IMG/VR virus record: IMGVR_UViG_3300048930_001142
Source: a virus
Length of the DNA stretch: 37,992 nt
Strand: one strand, 5' to 3'
Under the pieces are notes generated by a model, which saw only the letters and a list, made by a program, of their open reading frames with translations, was not told the origin of the DNA and did not search any database. Shown piece by piece: positions 1-9,231 of the stretch (position 1 is its first letter; the number at the start of each line of letters is the position of its first letter). The position numbers and the translations under genes are program-made.

Positions 1-135
1 TGTGGACCCAGTCTGTGTGGACCCAGTCTGTGTGGACCCAGTCTGTGTGGACCCAGTCTGTGTGGACCCAGTCTGTGTGGACCCAGTCTGTGTGGACCCA
101 GTCTGTGTGGACCCAGTCTGTGTGGACAGAGACTG
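1..135 (+). repeat. 15-bp tandem array: 8 perfect copies of TGTGGACCCAGTCTG plus one degenerate copy TGTGGACAGAGACTG; continuation of the array at the window end
   Basis: Read directly. Positions 1-120 are exact 15-nt periodicity and 121-135 is a variant unit. Same unit and phase family as 37851-37992. Confidence 0.95.
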
Positions 136-320
136 TCCCGAGCCATCAGCGCATGTGCGGGCTCCACAATGCGCTGCGTGCTAGACTGTTGCGCTCCAGA
201 AGACTCATCGCAGGTTCAAAGCCATGGTCAAAAAGCTCACTCTGGCTCGCGCCGTCTATACGCTCGGCACAACACCCCCTGCCCGTCGGATTCCGGCCGG
301 CCTTATACTTACCATTCTCG

Positions 321-1310
321 TCATCGCGGTTGGTCTGGCAGCCTTTCGCATGAGAGGCTGACGGTGTAGGCCTCCTCGGGCGCCACGGTGTGGGTGGCAG
401 ATGTCACGCTCCAAAGGCCGTCGACTGCGGCGCGAAACCCCGAAAGCCTGAGCCTTGAGTCCGCACAGATCCTTGCCTCGCCTTCCAGCTCGAGCCTTCC
501 CGTGACGCCTTGCCTCCGGGCAAGAGCAAGCTTGGACGCGGCCGCCTGCTCGGCCTTCTCGCGAGAGGAAAACACCTCGCGAAAGCGAAAGACGGGCTTT
601 CCGCTGCCGACGACCACCTTCTCGCTTTGCGCCGTCTCAAGGTCAAAGGCCTCGGCCTCAACCGAGGCGTAAAGCGGCCGGCTCACAAAATCAAAGTCCC
701 AGGCGAGAACCTTGCCGCCGAGCGCCTCCACCTCAATAACCGGCAGCGCTCCGCCCGAGACGCTCTCTCCAGCCCCCTGGGGCAGGACAAGCACCGTGTC
801 GCCTTGGAGCTTGAGCGAGAGGGCGTGCTCGCCAGCAAGCCTTGAGAGGAAGTGGACGGCCGACTCGTTTCTCTGGGAGACCTCCGCTACCCTCACGCGG
901 GAAAGCGCGGCGGCGGCCTTCACCTTGAGCCCGTAGATGCGGCCGAGCTCGTCCAAAACCCCCTTGAGGTCGCCTGCCGCGTAGAGCCTGGAGGAAACGG
1001 TTTTTAAGTCTTTTAGGGTGTCAAAGCCCTTGCCGGTAAGCCGCATGACGCCGCGGCTTGAGACAGACACCTCGTCGACAAAAAAGCTCCCCATGGGGGT
1101 GAGACTCTCCCCCCAGCCAAGCGCCACGCTGAGGCGGTGGCCACGCTCAGGGACAGCGAGCCTGCCGTCTGAGTCATCGAAAACAAGCTCGAGTTGATCG
1201 GAGAGCAGACCGCGCTCGTCTTTGATGACAAGCCGCCGAAGCCTCTCGCGGTAGACCCCCTTCTTCTCCTCGCCGTCGATTGTGAGGGAAACCCCCGGCT
1301 TTAGTCCCAA
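321..1310 (-). CDS. P2 gpD-like tail protein (late control D family)
   Basis: 329-aa ORF at the distal end of the tail operon, directly after gpX- and gpU-like genes as in P2. Size and position are typical of gpD. Confidence 0.8.
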   Translation of the reverse strand: MGLKPGVSLTIDGEEKKGVYRERLRRLVIKDERGLLSDQLELVFDDSDGRLAVPERGHRLSVALGWGESLTPMGSFFVDEVSVSSRGVMRLTGKGFDTLKDLKTVSSRLYAAGDLKGVLDELGRIYGLKVKAAAALSRVRVAEVSQRNESAVHFLSRLAGEHALSLKLQGDTVLVLPQGAGESVSGGALPVIEVEALGGKVLAWDFDFVSRPLYASVEAEAFDLETAQSEKVVVGSGKPVFRFREVFSSREKAEQAAASKLALARRQGVTGRLELEGEARICADSRLRLSGFRAAVDGLWSVTSATHTVAPEEAYTVSLSCERLPDQPR

Positions 1311-1510
1311 AGCGAGATCTCTCTTCGCTCGGGCCTGGCGCTACGCGGGGGGCTTGGAAGAAGGATCTCGACCCCCTCAGGCAAGACGGCCGCAAGCCCT
1401 GCAAGCTGCGGGTTCAGCTCGAGCACCTCTTCGACAATGCCAGCGGTCTTGCCAAAGACCTGGTAGCAGATGAGATCCAGCACCTCGCCCCCTCGCGTCA
1501 GGTAGATCAT
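1301..1510 (-). CDS. P2 gpX-like tail protein
   Basis: 69 aa. GEVLDLICYQVFGKTAGIVEEVLELNPQLAGLAAVLPEG...LWD parallels the P2 gpX pattern (GDTLDAICVRYYGRTEGVVETVLAANPGLAELGAVLPHG...LWE). Confidence 0.85.
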   Translation of the reverse strand: MIYLTRGGEVLDLICYQVFGKTAGIVEEVLELNPQLAGLAAVLPEGVEILLPSPPRSARPERREISLWD

Positions 1511-1929
1511 AGGGCTTTGGCCGGACTGGCAGCGTCATCGACTCTCACGCTTTTTAGCGATAGCCGAAAGGCCACCTTGCGCGCCTTGCCGTCACCGCGA
1601 AAACTCGACAGCTCCTCGCTTAGCGAGACCACCGCCCAGCTGCCAAGAGACCGCCCCTCCGAGTCGACCAGAAGAAGCGGCTCACCTTTGTAAGCCTCGT
1701 CTTTCAGCGCTTTCAAAGGGTCATCGGTGGAGGCTCTTTCTGCATAGGTCTCGCCCGTCACCTCGACCTCACGCGCCCTGCGCCCCACGTAGCTCAGCGA
1801 AGACACGCTGCCAAGCCTCTCCTGCTCGCTCCAAAGAAAGCTCTCGCCGCGGGTCAGGCGCTCAAACATGCTTCTGCCGGAGAGAAAGCGAAAAGAGCCC
1901 AGCGCAAAGAGCGCTTTGCCTTCAGTCAT
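1507..1929 (-). CDS. P2 gpU-like tail protein
   Basis: 140 aa, between the tape measure and gpX. GEPLLLVDSEGRSLGSWAVVSLSEE...KVAFRLSLK resembles the gpU C-terminal pattern. Confidence 0.75.
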   Translation of the reverse strand: MTEGKALFALGSFRFLSGRSMFERLTRGESFLWSEQERLGSVSSLSYVGRRAREVEVTGETYAERASTDDPLKALKDEAYKGEPLLLVDSEGRSLGSWAVVSLSEELSSFRGDGKARKVAFRLSLKSVRVDDAASPAKAL

Positions 1930-4090
1930 AAAGCCTTGCCCTCAAGGCTCTGGCCTCCTCGTCTTTGACCTCGCGCAAAACCTCTTTGAGCTTGGCAGCG
2001 ATCTCGGCGGTGGTGGCCTTGGGCTCTGTGACATTGACGGTGATGGGAGCGTTTAGGATCGACTGACTCGGCCCCCGCTGAGCTGCGGCAAGAGCCAGCG
2101 GTACCGTGCCGGTTGCCTTGAAGGAGGTCATGCGGGTCATGAAGTCTGCCACCGACCTTCCGCCCGCCTGGAGGCTTTGCGTGATCTTGTCCCAGTTCTC
2201 GTAGACAAGGTAGGAGGCTCCGGCAAGCCCTGCGACAGCAAGCCCAATGCCTGAGCCAAGGAGCGCGATTTTTAGCGCGCCGACCCCCGCCGTAGCCGCC
2301 GCCATAGCTCCCGAGGCTGCCGCTCCAAAACCGATCCAGGCTCCCTTAAAGAGAGCGACTGCCCCGAGGGCGGTTGAGATCGGAATAAAAAGGGCGCCAA
2401 GCGCCGCAGCCGCGCCGCCCACCCCAAGCGCCACGCCCGAGAGAGCCTTTGTGACCCCCGGATTGGCAAGCGCCCAGTCGCGCGTTTTGTCGACCACCCC
2501 TGCCAGAGTACTGGCAAGCCGCGCGAGGTCTGAAAGGAGAGGCTTTCCGAGCACGTTCAAAAGATCTGACAGCGAGGCCTTGAGCCTGAGCAGCGAGGCG
2601 CTCGCCGTCGCACCCTCGATTCCTAGCTTCTCAAGTGCTGTCCCTTCCGAAAGGGTCCTGATCTCAGCCTCGCGCGCTCTGAGGGCCGACAGCCTGGAGG
2701 CCGCCCCACTGTCGCCGCGAGCGGCCTTGACGGCAACATTTACAAGCTCTGAGATGCCCGCCAGACCTTCGCGTCCGAAAAGCTTCTCGAGGATTTTGAG
2801 CCGCTGACCCGACCCCATGGGAGAGAGCTTTGCGCCAAGCTCCTCCATGACAGACATAAAAGGCCGCATGCCGCGCGTCTTGGGGTCGACGACCCGGATG
2901 CCAAGCGCCCGGAGCAGCTTGGCCTGCTCGGTCTTTGGCGTGCCGCCGAGGGTGTCGTGAACCAGCGGATCAAGAAACGCTCCCTTGAGAGCTGTGGCCG
3001 CCACCGAGCCCTTGACCCCGACGTCTGCCAGCATCGCCACCGACGCCATCACTGTTTCAAGCGGGATCTTGGCAGCGTTGGCGACCGAGCCGACGTGCTT
3101 TAGGACGTCTGCGATCTCGGTGAGGTTGGTGTCGGAGACGTCGGCTGTGTACTGGACAACGTCGCCAATGCGCGAGAGCCGCGAGATCGGCAGCTCGAAG
3201 GCATGCGCAATGCCGGTGAGAAGACTCACCGACTGCTGGGGCAAGATGTCTCCGACCTTGGCGACCGCCAAGACAGCCTTGAGGTTGGCCTCGGTGATGT
3301 CTTTAAACTGCAGGCCGGCAGTCCCCATCTGGATCATCGCGGAAGCAACCTCTTGGCCCGTGTAGCCAAACTGGGTCGACACCCGGGCTGCCATGCGCTC
3401 CAGAGTCGCAAGGTCTCTCTCTTGGCGGGCCTTGTCCTTGTAGTCTGGACCCGACAAGACCCGCGAGCGCACGCGCGCCATGACGGCCTCAAGGCTCATG
3501 GCGGTTTGAAGCGGCAGCGACGCTTGGGCCAGCACCCCGCGACCAAATCCCGAAGCAGCACCCCCGATCATGGCAAGCTCGGAAGCCCTGCTGCTCAAGC
3601 CCTCTGCCGACCGCCGCAGCCCCGACAGCCGGTCCGACTTAGCTTTGAGGCGATCAAAGACCTTCTCTTGCTCGGAAAGCCGCTCAGAGAGCCCTCGGAC
3701 AGAGAGCCCCGCCTCCCGCGCCTCGCGCTTTAGGCCGCGAAGCCGGGCGGTCTTTGTCTCAAAGGCGTCTTTTAGCCGCGAGGCAGAGACTCTTGCTGCG
3801 TCAAACTCTCTGGCCAGGCGCCGACTCGGCTCGCCGGCAGCCTTGATCTCGGCGGCAAGCGCCCTCACCCGTCCCTCGGCTGTCTTCCACTGGGAGTGGG
3901 CCTCAAGGGTGGCCTTGGCCTGCCCCCGCATCTGACCGGCAAGCTTGTCGTGGCGGCGCAACTCGTCGAGCGCCAGACTTGCCCGCTTCAGCTCACCGCC
4001 AAGCCCGCGGGTGACCCCAGAGAGGTTTTTTAGCGGCAGGGAGAGAAGGTCCTTGGCGGCAAGGCTTACCCTTATTTTGAAATCGGCCAT
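1922..4090 (-). CDS. Tail tape measure protein
   Basis: 722 aa. Coiled-coil Ala/Arg/Leu-rich N-terminus, central conserved TMP-like core, glycine/alanine-rich hydrophobic segment. Located between the chaperone and gpU-like genes. Confidence 0.85.
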   Translation of the reverse strand: MADFKIRVSLAAKDLLSLPLKNLSGVTRGLGGELKRASLALDELRRHDKLAGQMRGQAKATLEAHSQWKTAEGRVRALAAEIKAAGEPSRRLAREFDAARVSASRLKDAFETKTARLRGLKREAREAGLSVRGLSERLSEQEKVFDRLKAKSDRLSGLRRSAEGLSSRASELAMIGGAASGFGRGVLAQASLPLQTAMSLEAVMARVRSRVLSGPDYKDKARQERDLATLERMAARVSTQFGYTGQEVASAMIQMGTAGLQFKDITEANLKAVLAVAKVGDILPQQSVSLLTGIAHAFELPISRLSRIGDVVQYTADVSDTNLTEIADVLKHVGSVANAAKIPLETVMASVAMLADVGVKGSVAATALKGAFLDPLVHDTLGGTPKTEQAKLLRALGIRVVDPKTRGMRPFMSVMEELGAKLSPMGSGQRLKILEKLFGREGLAGISELVNVAVKAARGDSGAASRLSALRAREAEIRTLSEGTALEKLGIEGATASASLLRLKASLSDLLNVLGKPLLSDLARLASTLAGVVDKTRDWALANPGVTKALSGVALGVGGAAAALGALFIPISTALGAVALFKGAWIGFGAAASGAMAAATAGVGALKIALLGSGIGLAVAGLAGASYLVYENWDKITQSLQAGGRSVADFMTRMTSFKATGTVPLALAAAQRGPSQSILNAPITVNVTEPKATTAEIAAKLKEVLREVKDEEARALRARLYD

Positions 4091-4502
4091 GTCGACCTGA
4101 GCCTCTCAAGCGCTAGCTGGTGGTAGAGGGCAAGCTCGTCGGCCAAAAGTGAGTCGATGGCCTCGATCGTCCAGTGAAAGACAAAGGCCAGGTCGGCCTT
4201 CACCTCAAGAAGTGCCCGTCTTCCCGCCGGCAGCTCCCCTAGGGAGCAAGGCCTAAAAAACCAGCCACCTTGTCAGACACCTTGCGGTAGTCGGCAAAGT
4301 CCAGCTCCCGCACCTCGTCGGGGCTCCACTCGGCCAGGTGGCTGATCAGATGCAAGGTCTTGGCGGCCTCGCTGTCGTGACAGTCGACCATCTCGAGGTC
4401 TTTTACCTTGGCCCTTCTCAGCTCGATGGTGCGCACCAGCCCCCGGCCGGAAAGCTCGACGGGATAAGAAAGCTCGATTACCTCTTTTTTCATGCCCTTC
4501 AT
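4072..4502 (-). CDS. Frameshift-extended tail assembly chaperone (gpE+E'-like), requires -1 slip at 4254-4260
   Basis: Hand translation of the -1 frame after GGT TTT TTA stays open (FFRPCSLGELPAGRRALLEVKADLAFVFHWTIEAIDSLLADELALYHQLALERLRSTWPISK) until TAA at 4072-4074, overlapping the tape-measure start. Confidence 0.6.
4239..4502 (-). CDS. Tail assembly chaperone (P2 gpE-like, short product)
   Basis: 87-aa ORF between the tube and tape-measure genes. It ends just after a T TTT TTA slippery heptamer. Confidence 0.7.
   Translation of the reverse strand: MKGMKKEVIELSYPVELSGRGLVRTIELRRAKVKDLEMVDCHDSEAAKTLHLISHLAEWSPDEVRELDFADYRKVSDKVAGFLGLAP
4254..4260 (-). promoter_or_regulatory. Candidate -1 programmed ribosomal frameshift site (T TTT TTA)
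   Basis: X XXY YYZ heptamer in the zero frame near the 3' end of the chaperone ORF, at the conserved chaperone/tape-measure position. Confidence 0.6.
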
Positions 4503-5017
4503 CCTCTCAAGAGGGCAGCCTTGACGGCTGCCAGTTGGTCGACGCCGTTGATGCGGCGCACCATGTTGTCGGCGTCGATCTCAACCAGCACCTCTTCGGC
4601 ATGCGCGTAGCGGTAGTAGGTGCAGTAGAGACGAAACTTCATGGCAGTCGTCTCGCCGGCCTTCCAGGTGCCAAAGTCGATCTCGGTGATGACGCCCCGC
4701 ATATGACAGCTGACGGGAATGGCCAGCGTATGCCGCTTGAGGGCTCCCCTGACGTGCAGCGCGATGGGGCCGCCCTCCTGGAAGCCAAGCTGCTGGATTA
4801 CAAAGCGGTCGTACTCGCCAAGCGTAAACTCGGCCTCGAGCTTTTCCATGCCCATCTCGATGGGAATGGGCACGTCCATGCCGCCGGCGCGGTAGTCTTC
4901 GACCTTGTAGGTGAGCTTTGGCAAGACGATCTCGTCGACCATGCCGGCGTAGCCGCGGCCGTCGACAAAGAGCGTAAAATGCGTGAGCTTCTGCGGAAGG
5001 TTGTTAAGCAGCGTCAC
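4499..5017 (-). CDS. Contractile tail tube protein (P2 FII-like)
   Basis: 172 aa. LPQKLTHFTLFVDGRGYAGMVDEIVLPKLTYKVEDYRAGGMD matches the P2 FII N-terminus pattern (LPRKLKYLNLFNDGDNYMGVVESLTLPKLTRKLENYRGGGMN). Confidence 0.9.
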   Translation of the reverse strand: MTLLNNLPQKLTHFTLFVDGRGYAGMVDEIVLPKLTYKVEDYRAGGMDVPIPIEMGMEKLEAEFTLGEYDRFVIQQLGFQEGGPIALHVRGALKRHTLAIPVSCHMRGVITEIDFGTWKAGETTAMKFRLYCTYYRYAHAEEVLVEIDADNMVRRINGVDQLAAVKAALLRG

Positions 5018-5020
5018 GTT

Positions 5021-6184
5021 TTAAAAGACCTCCTTCACGTGGTCGTCCGACAGCAGCGAGCGAAAGGTGATCCGCTCGGCCGGATAGGGCGGCGTAAACT
5101 CGTAGTCAAACGTGACGTGGCCATCTGTGATCTGGGAGATCGTGTTGACCTCGGGGTCTATCCAGCAGTGACCGCCGAGGATTGCCTCCTGGGCCTTGAG
5201 GTCGCGAAAGTAGTTGTTGATGCTCTCTGTGACCTGAGCGACGTAGCTCTTGGTGATGTTGCGGTCGACGGCCCAAAGGTGGCTAGCCAAGATCGCGTCA
5301 TCGATAAAGTCGCGCAAGCGGCGCACGTTGATAAACTTGTGCCGGCTGTCGAGCGCATCGGCCTCATCGTAAAGGGTCCGGTTGCCCCACAGGCGAAAGC
5401 CCTGCTCGTTCACGAATGTGGCGATTTTGTTTTTGTTCAAAAGGTTGGCGCCGGACTCGCCCGACGAGGGGTCCAAGGAAAACTCGATGGGATGGGTCAC
5501 TCCGACCACCGACGAGCAAAGCCGGTTGGACGGCGACACCCAAAACCCAAGCTGAGCGTCGGTCTTGGCGATCAGGGCGGCTGCGAGAGCCGAGCCGCCG
5601 ACGACCCCGATCGGAGCGGCAAGCCGGACGTTGGGATAGATGGGATAGAGCCTCGAGCCGCGAAGACTTTGAAAGCTCCCGATCACCGCCTGCAGGTCGC
5701 CGCTGCCGGGGCCCTCAATCGGTGCCACAGCACGCAGCCTCGTTGCCACAACGCTCAGGGCGGCCCTCACCGACTCGTCGGCTGAAAACTCGGGCGCGAT
5801 CACAAGGCGCGGCTGGGCGCCAAGCGCAGCCTTGGCTTTGAGCAGAGCGTATACCCCTGTCAGCTCGCCTTGGCCACCCGCCACCTGAAAAGCCAGAGCG
5901 TCGGCCTCGCCAGGCCCGACGGTGACGACCACGCAAACGGCCGGCGTCTCCTCGTAAATCGCGGCCAGCGTCTTTGGCAAACTCCCTGGGGCATCGAGTC
6001 CCCCGAAAAGCTCTCTGGCCTCTCTCGCCCCTCTGACAAGAAAGGGCGTGTGGGCTGTCACTTTGTCCGACAGAGCCGACGTGCCGACGACGCCGATGAC
6101 CGACGTGGCAGGGGTTCTCACCCCCGGGGCAGCTCTCGTCGTGACCGGCACGACCTCGATTCCATGCCAAAAACCTTCAGCCAC
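5021..6184 (-). CDS. Contractile tail sheath protein (P2 FI-like); GTG start
   Basis: 387 aa immediately upstream of the tube gene. Size and order are typical of myovirus sheath genes. Confidence 0.85.
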   Translation of the reverse strand: MAEGFWHGIEVVPVTTRAAPGVRTPATSVIGVVGTSALSDKVTAHTPFLVRGAREARELFGGLDAPGSLPKTLAAIYEETPAVCVVVTVGPGEADALAFQVAGGQGELTGVYALLKAKAALGAQPRLVIAPEFSADESVRAALSVVATRLRAVAPIEGPGSGDLQAVIGSFQSLRGSRLYPIYPNVRLAAPIGVVGGSALAAALIAKTDAQLGFWVSPSNRLCSSVVGVTHPIEFSLDPSSGESGANLLNKNKIATFVNEQGFRLWGNRTLYDEADALDSRHKFINVRRLRDFIDDAILASHLWAVDRNITKSYVAQVTESINNYFRDLKAQEAILGGHCWIDPEVNTISQITDGHVTFDYEFTPPYPAERITFRSLLSDDHVKEVF

Positions 6185-6329
6185 CTGGCGACCTCCCCTG
6201 TTCGAGTGCCGTGATCCTAGCTTCCTGCTCGCTGACTTTCGTCTGCAGGGATCTCATCTCGCTTGCCATCAGCTCTTGCAGCCTTCTCGTCTCGTCGACC
6301 AGAAGCGCTATCTGCTCTTCGAGAGTCAC
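6177..6329 (-). CDS. Small coiled-coil ORF (50 aa, GTG start) between fibre and sheath genes; possible fibre-associated or assembly factor
   Basis: Hand translation: VTLEEQIALLVDETRRLQELMASEMRSLQTKVSEQEARITALEQGRSPGG. Its stop overlaps the sheath start codon. It is below the ORF-track size cutoff. Confidence 0.35.
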   Translation of the reverse strand: MTLEEQIALLVDETRRLQELMASEMRSLQTKVSEQEARITALEQGRSPGG

Positions 6330-6333
6330 GTCC

Positions 6334-7464
6334 CTACTCCATAAAGAAAATGGCAGGCTTTCGCGCCGAGCGAGAAAAAAGGACCTGCTCCTCCTCCAGT
6401 ATCCTTAGGCTCACAAGCCCCTCCTTTAAGCCCAAAGCTGCAACGTCTGCCTCGGAGAACTCAAACTCGACAAGCCCGCAGCTCAGATAGAGATACTTCT
6501 CGCTGTAGGCGGCCGTTTCCAGGCGAAAGCGTCGTTGATAGGTGGCATCCAGATAAAACTCCAGCGTCAGCTCGCGCGGGAAAGACGCGGCCGTGCGCAG
6601 AAGCCAGAGGTCCCTGATCCCAACTTTTAGGCTGCCGGTCGTCTTCTTGGTAAACCTGTAGTCGATAAGCCCCGTATCTCGGACTGGAGACGAGAGGTCG
6701 AGCTCAATCTCTTGCAGGAGAGCTTGAGTCCCCGCCCCGGCAGGCCAGCCGATAAGAGCCCCCAGCCGCCCCTTGTAGCGGGCAAGTTCATCACGCGCCT
6801 CAGCCTTTGCGGCCTCAAGCTCCGCTTTGACCCCCTGAACAAGCCTCTCCGTCTCGGCCTTTTGGGCCTGAAGCTCGCCACGAAGCGCCGCAAGCGAGGC
6901 CTTGGCGACCTCCCTCAAAGTCAAAAGCTCCCCGCGGGTGGCCGCGAGGTCTCGCATCAGCTCGAGCGTGTGGCGCTGGCCTTGAGTGAGAGAAAGCGCC
7001 ACCGCGGCAAGCTCTCTTGCCAGGGAGAGGTTGAGGCGCTCGCCGACCCCATCGACTGCAATGAGCGAGTCGGGGATCTCCTCGTGGATGAGGTCGATGC
7101 CAAAAAGCAGGTCTTCCGACGCTATCCGCTTGGCGAGGATCTCGCCTCTCTTGGAGAGGACTGCAAAGAGAAGGGGCGCGTCCACCCCTTCGAGGCTTGC
7201 CACAATCCCCATCTCGCCGACGTCATAGCCTTCTCCCCCGCCGCGAAACTCGGCTGTGAGGTGAACGCGGTTTCCAGAGACCCGGTTTGAGTCGGCAAGG
7301 CTCGAGCCCTCGACCCTATCCTTGAGAGCCTCCTCCAAGCCGGTGGGGTCATAAGACGCCCGGCCCAACTCAATGCCGACAAAGCGAAGCCTCTTGCCCC
7401 TGGCCTCGGCCTCGGCCAGGGCCTCTAGCCCGCGTCTTGTGATCTTGGGACGCGACAGAGCCAT
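6334..7464 (-). CDS. Tail fibre protein (short, P2 gpH position)
   Basis: 376 aa directly downstream of the gpI-like gene. The N-terminus resembles fibre-attachment regions (KITRRGLEALAEAEARGKRLRFVGIELG) and the centre is a long coiled coil. Confidence 0.65.
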   Translation of the reverse strand: MALSRPKITRRGLEALAEAEARGKRLRFVGIELGRASYDPTGLEEALKDRVEGSSLADSNRVSGNRVHLTAEFRGGGEGYDVGEMGIVASLEGVDAPLLFAVLSKRGEILAKRIASEDLLFGIDLIHEEIPDSLIAVDGVGERLNLSLARELAAVALSLTQGQRHTLELMRDLAATRGELLTLREVAKASLAALRGELQAQKAETERLVQGVKAELEAAKAEARDELARYKGRLGALIGWPAGAGTQALLQEIELDLSSPVRDTGLIDYRFTKKTTGSLKVGIRDLWLLRTAASFPRELTLEFYLDATYQRRFRLETAAYSEKYLYLSCGLVEFEFSEADVAALGLKEGLVSLRILEEEQVLFSRSARKPAIFFME

Positions 7465-8030
7465 CAGCGCTCCACGAGCGCGGCAATGCGCTTGATGCGA
7501 GTCAGGCGCGCAAACATCGCGGCCCCGACGGCAGCGTCGGCCTCAAACATGATGTCGAGGTCAAAGCGGGACCTAAGGGGCTTTAGCGACTCGATGACCC
7601 GCAGGATGCGCCTCCGATCAGCCTCGCCCAGGGGGCGGTTGTCCTTGTTGAGGAGGATGACCTTGAAGGTGTAGGGCTCCTTTGGCTCGGGGTGGTCCCA
7701 CCACTCGCGAATCCTTGCCCTGACGCCAAGGGTCTCCATGGCCATGTCAATCGCAGCAAGAGTGCCGCGCAGCCGCCTGATCTTGTCAAAGCGCCCAATG
7801 ATCTCGCGCCGCCGCCTGATCAGGTCGTCTTCGCCCCCTACTGCGACAAAGTCCTCGTCCCAAAGCTCAACCCCCCGCTCCCAAGCCAGATACGGCAGAA
7901 AGGCCGGCGGGCAGGTGGCGGGGTCAAAAAGCGAGGCAAAGTCAAAAGAGAGGCCATGAAGACGCTCTCCTGCGACCTCTTCGAGTGCTCTCTCAAGCGG
8001 CGTAGAGTTTTTCGGCAGTAGGCTTGTCAC
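7464..8030 (-). CDS. Baseplate/tail protein, P2 gpI-like
   Basis: 188 aa. N-terminal LLPKNSTPLERALEEV motif typical of the tail protein I family. Follows the gpJ-like gene. Confidence 0.8.
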   Translation of the reverse strand: MTSLLPKNSTPLERALEEVAGERLHGLSFDFASLFDPATCPPAFLPYLAWERGVELWDEDFVAVGGEDDLIRRRREIIGRFDKIRRLRGTLAAIDMAMETLGVRARIREWWDHPEPKEPYTFKVILLNKDNRPLGEADRRRILRVIESLKPLRSRFDLDIMFEADAAVGAAMFARLTRIKRIAALVER

Positions 8031-8890
8031 GAGGTCATCTCCAGCTTGAGGCCGTCGGTGCTCTCCTCAAGTAGCGGCGCCTCGAAGGCCTCGCACAAGA
8101 CGCCGCCTGAGGGCTCGACCACCTCGGCTGCGGTGACGTCGTTTTGGGCATGAAGCGCAGCGTAGAGGACAGACAGCTCGAGGCTTGCCCCCACCCGAAA
8201 GCGACTCTTAAAAAGCTCTCTGAGCGAGGCCTCGGCCTGCCCCCGCACCATCCGCCAGTCGGCGCCGTAGGGCACCTTAAGACGCGCGTGCAGACGAAAG
8301 CGCTTGAGGGAGGCCTCCTCGACTGTGAGCTCGTCGGTCAGCGCTCTAACGTAGGCCATCTTCTCGCGCAGAGTCGCCAGGTCTGCCGCGCGCACAGCCG
8401 CTTCGGCTTTGGGATCAAAAAGCACCCACAGCTTGACCCTCGCAGGCCCCACTTCGGCGCAGTTGGCATCGACGACGTAGCCGCCACCGGAAAGCCGGAC
8501 GGCCTTGGCCTGAGCGATGTAAGAGACCTTGGAGCCGGCAGCCGACAAGAGATCATCCTCGTCTAAAAACCGGCCAAGCAGACTCTCGTCTGTCTCGCCA
8601 GCGGCCCGCGTCAAGCCGCGGCGTGCTGCGACGTGGTCGAGGTTTGCCCCCCGGGCAAAGGCCGGCATGGTGGCACGCGCGGCCTCGTTCACCCGGGCGC
8701 GCAGCAGCAGCTCGCGGTAGGCGCAAACCTCGAGCACCTTGACGGCGGGGTCTGACTCGAAAAGGTCGACTTCTTCGCCGTAGCGAGCGCGAAAGTCTTC
8801 GAGTAGCTGGCGCTTGATCGCCTCAAAGCTCAAGGTCTCCACCACCTCGGGCGCCGGCAGACGACGAAGATCAATCACCCCGCCTCTCAC
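8027..8890 (-). CDS. Baseplate wedge protein, P2 gpJ-like
   Basis: 287 aa between the gpW-like and gpI-like genes. Start/stop overlaps indicate translational coupling. Confidence 0.8.
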   Translation of the reverse strand: MRGGVIDLRRLPAPEVVETLSFEAIKRQLLEDFRARYGEEVDLFESDPAVKVLEVCAYRELLLRARVNEAARATMPAFARGANLDHVAARRGLTRAAGETDESLLGRFLDEDDLLSAAGSKVSYIAQAKAVRLSGGGYVVDANCAEVGPARVKLWVLFDPKAEAAVRAADLATLREKMAYVRALTDELTVEEASLKRFRLHARLKVPYGADWRMVRGQAEASLRELFKSRFRVGASLELSVLYAALHAQNDVTAAEVVEPSGGVLCEAFEAPLLEESTDGLKLEMTS

Positions 8891-9231
8891 CGCTCAAGCC
8901 TCACAGCGAGCGAAAACGGCGTGTCTGTCAGCTTGATGACGCCGTCAAGCAGGATGGAGACATTCCCGTCGGGTAGCTTTTTCTCCTCCTCTGGCCCATC
9001 GAGCACCTTGACGGCGTTGAGCCTCACCCGGGGTTCCCAGCGGGCTACGGCCTCGTGGACAGCCGTAAAGATCGACATCTTGTCGATCCCCCTGCCGAGC
9101 AGCTCAAAGAGCCTGGAGCCATAGTCTCTGAGCATGACGCGCGAGCCCTTGGGCGTCGAGAGGATGTCTTCGAGGCTTTGGCGAATGTGCTCCTCAGGAG
9201 AGAGCCTCTTTCCCGTGCGGCGCGACATCAT
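8887..9231 (-). CDS. Baseplate protein, gpW/gp25 family
   Basis: 114 aa. SLEDILSTPKGSRVMLRDYGSRLFELL matches the GPW/gp25 signature. Confidence 0.85.
   Translation of the reverse strand: MMSRRTGKRLSPEEHIRQSLEDILSTPKGSRVMLRDYGSRLFELLGRGIDKMSIFTAVHEAVARWEPRVRLNAVKVLDGPEEEKKLPDGNVSILLDGVIKLTDTPFSLAVRLER

Noticed and set aside
1-135. Possibility that the 15-bp arrays are CRISPR arrays
   Set aside because: The units are contiguous, with no spacers between them. No cas genes are present.
147-176. Inverted repeat CAGCGCAT-N14-ATGCGCTG downstream of gpD, as a terminator
   Set aside because: The loop is large (14 nt) and no U-tract follows on the transcribed strand. It is too weak to call.
2-353. 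ORFs 2-184 and 15-353 (+) encoding VCVDP / WTQSV peptide repeats
   Set aside because: They are just translations of the 15-bp tandem DNA array in two frames. They have no RBS, no non-repetitive domain, and run off the window edge.
4535-5785. 416-aa ORF on the plus strand
   Set aside because: It is antisense to the well-supported tube and sheath genes. It is a shadow ORF of GC-rich coding DNA.
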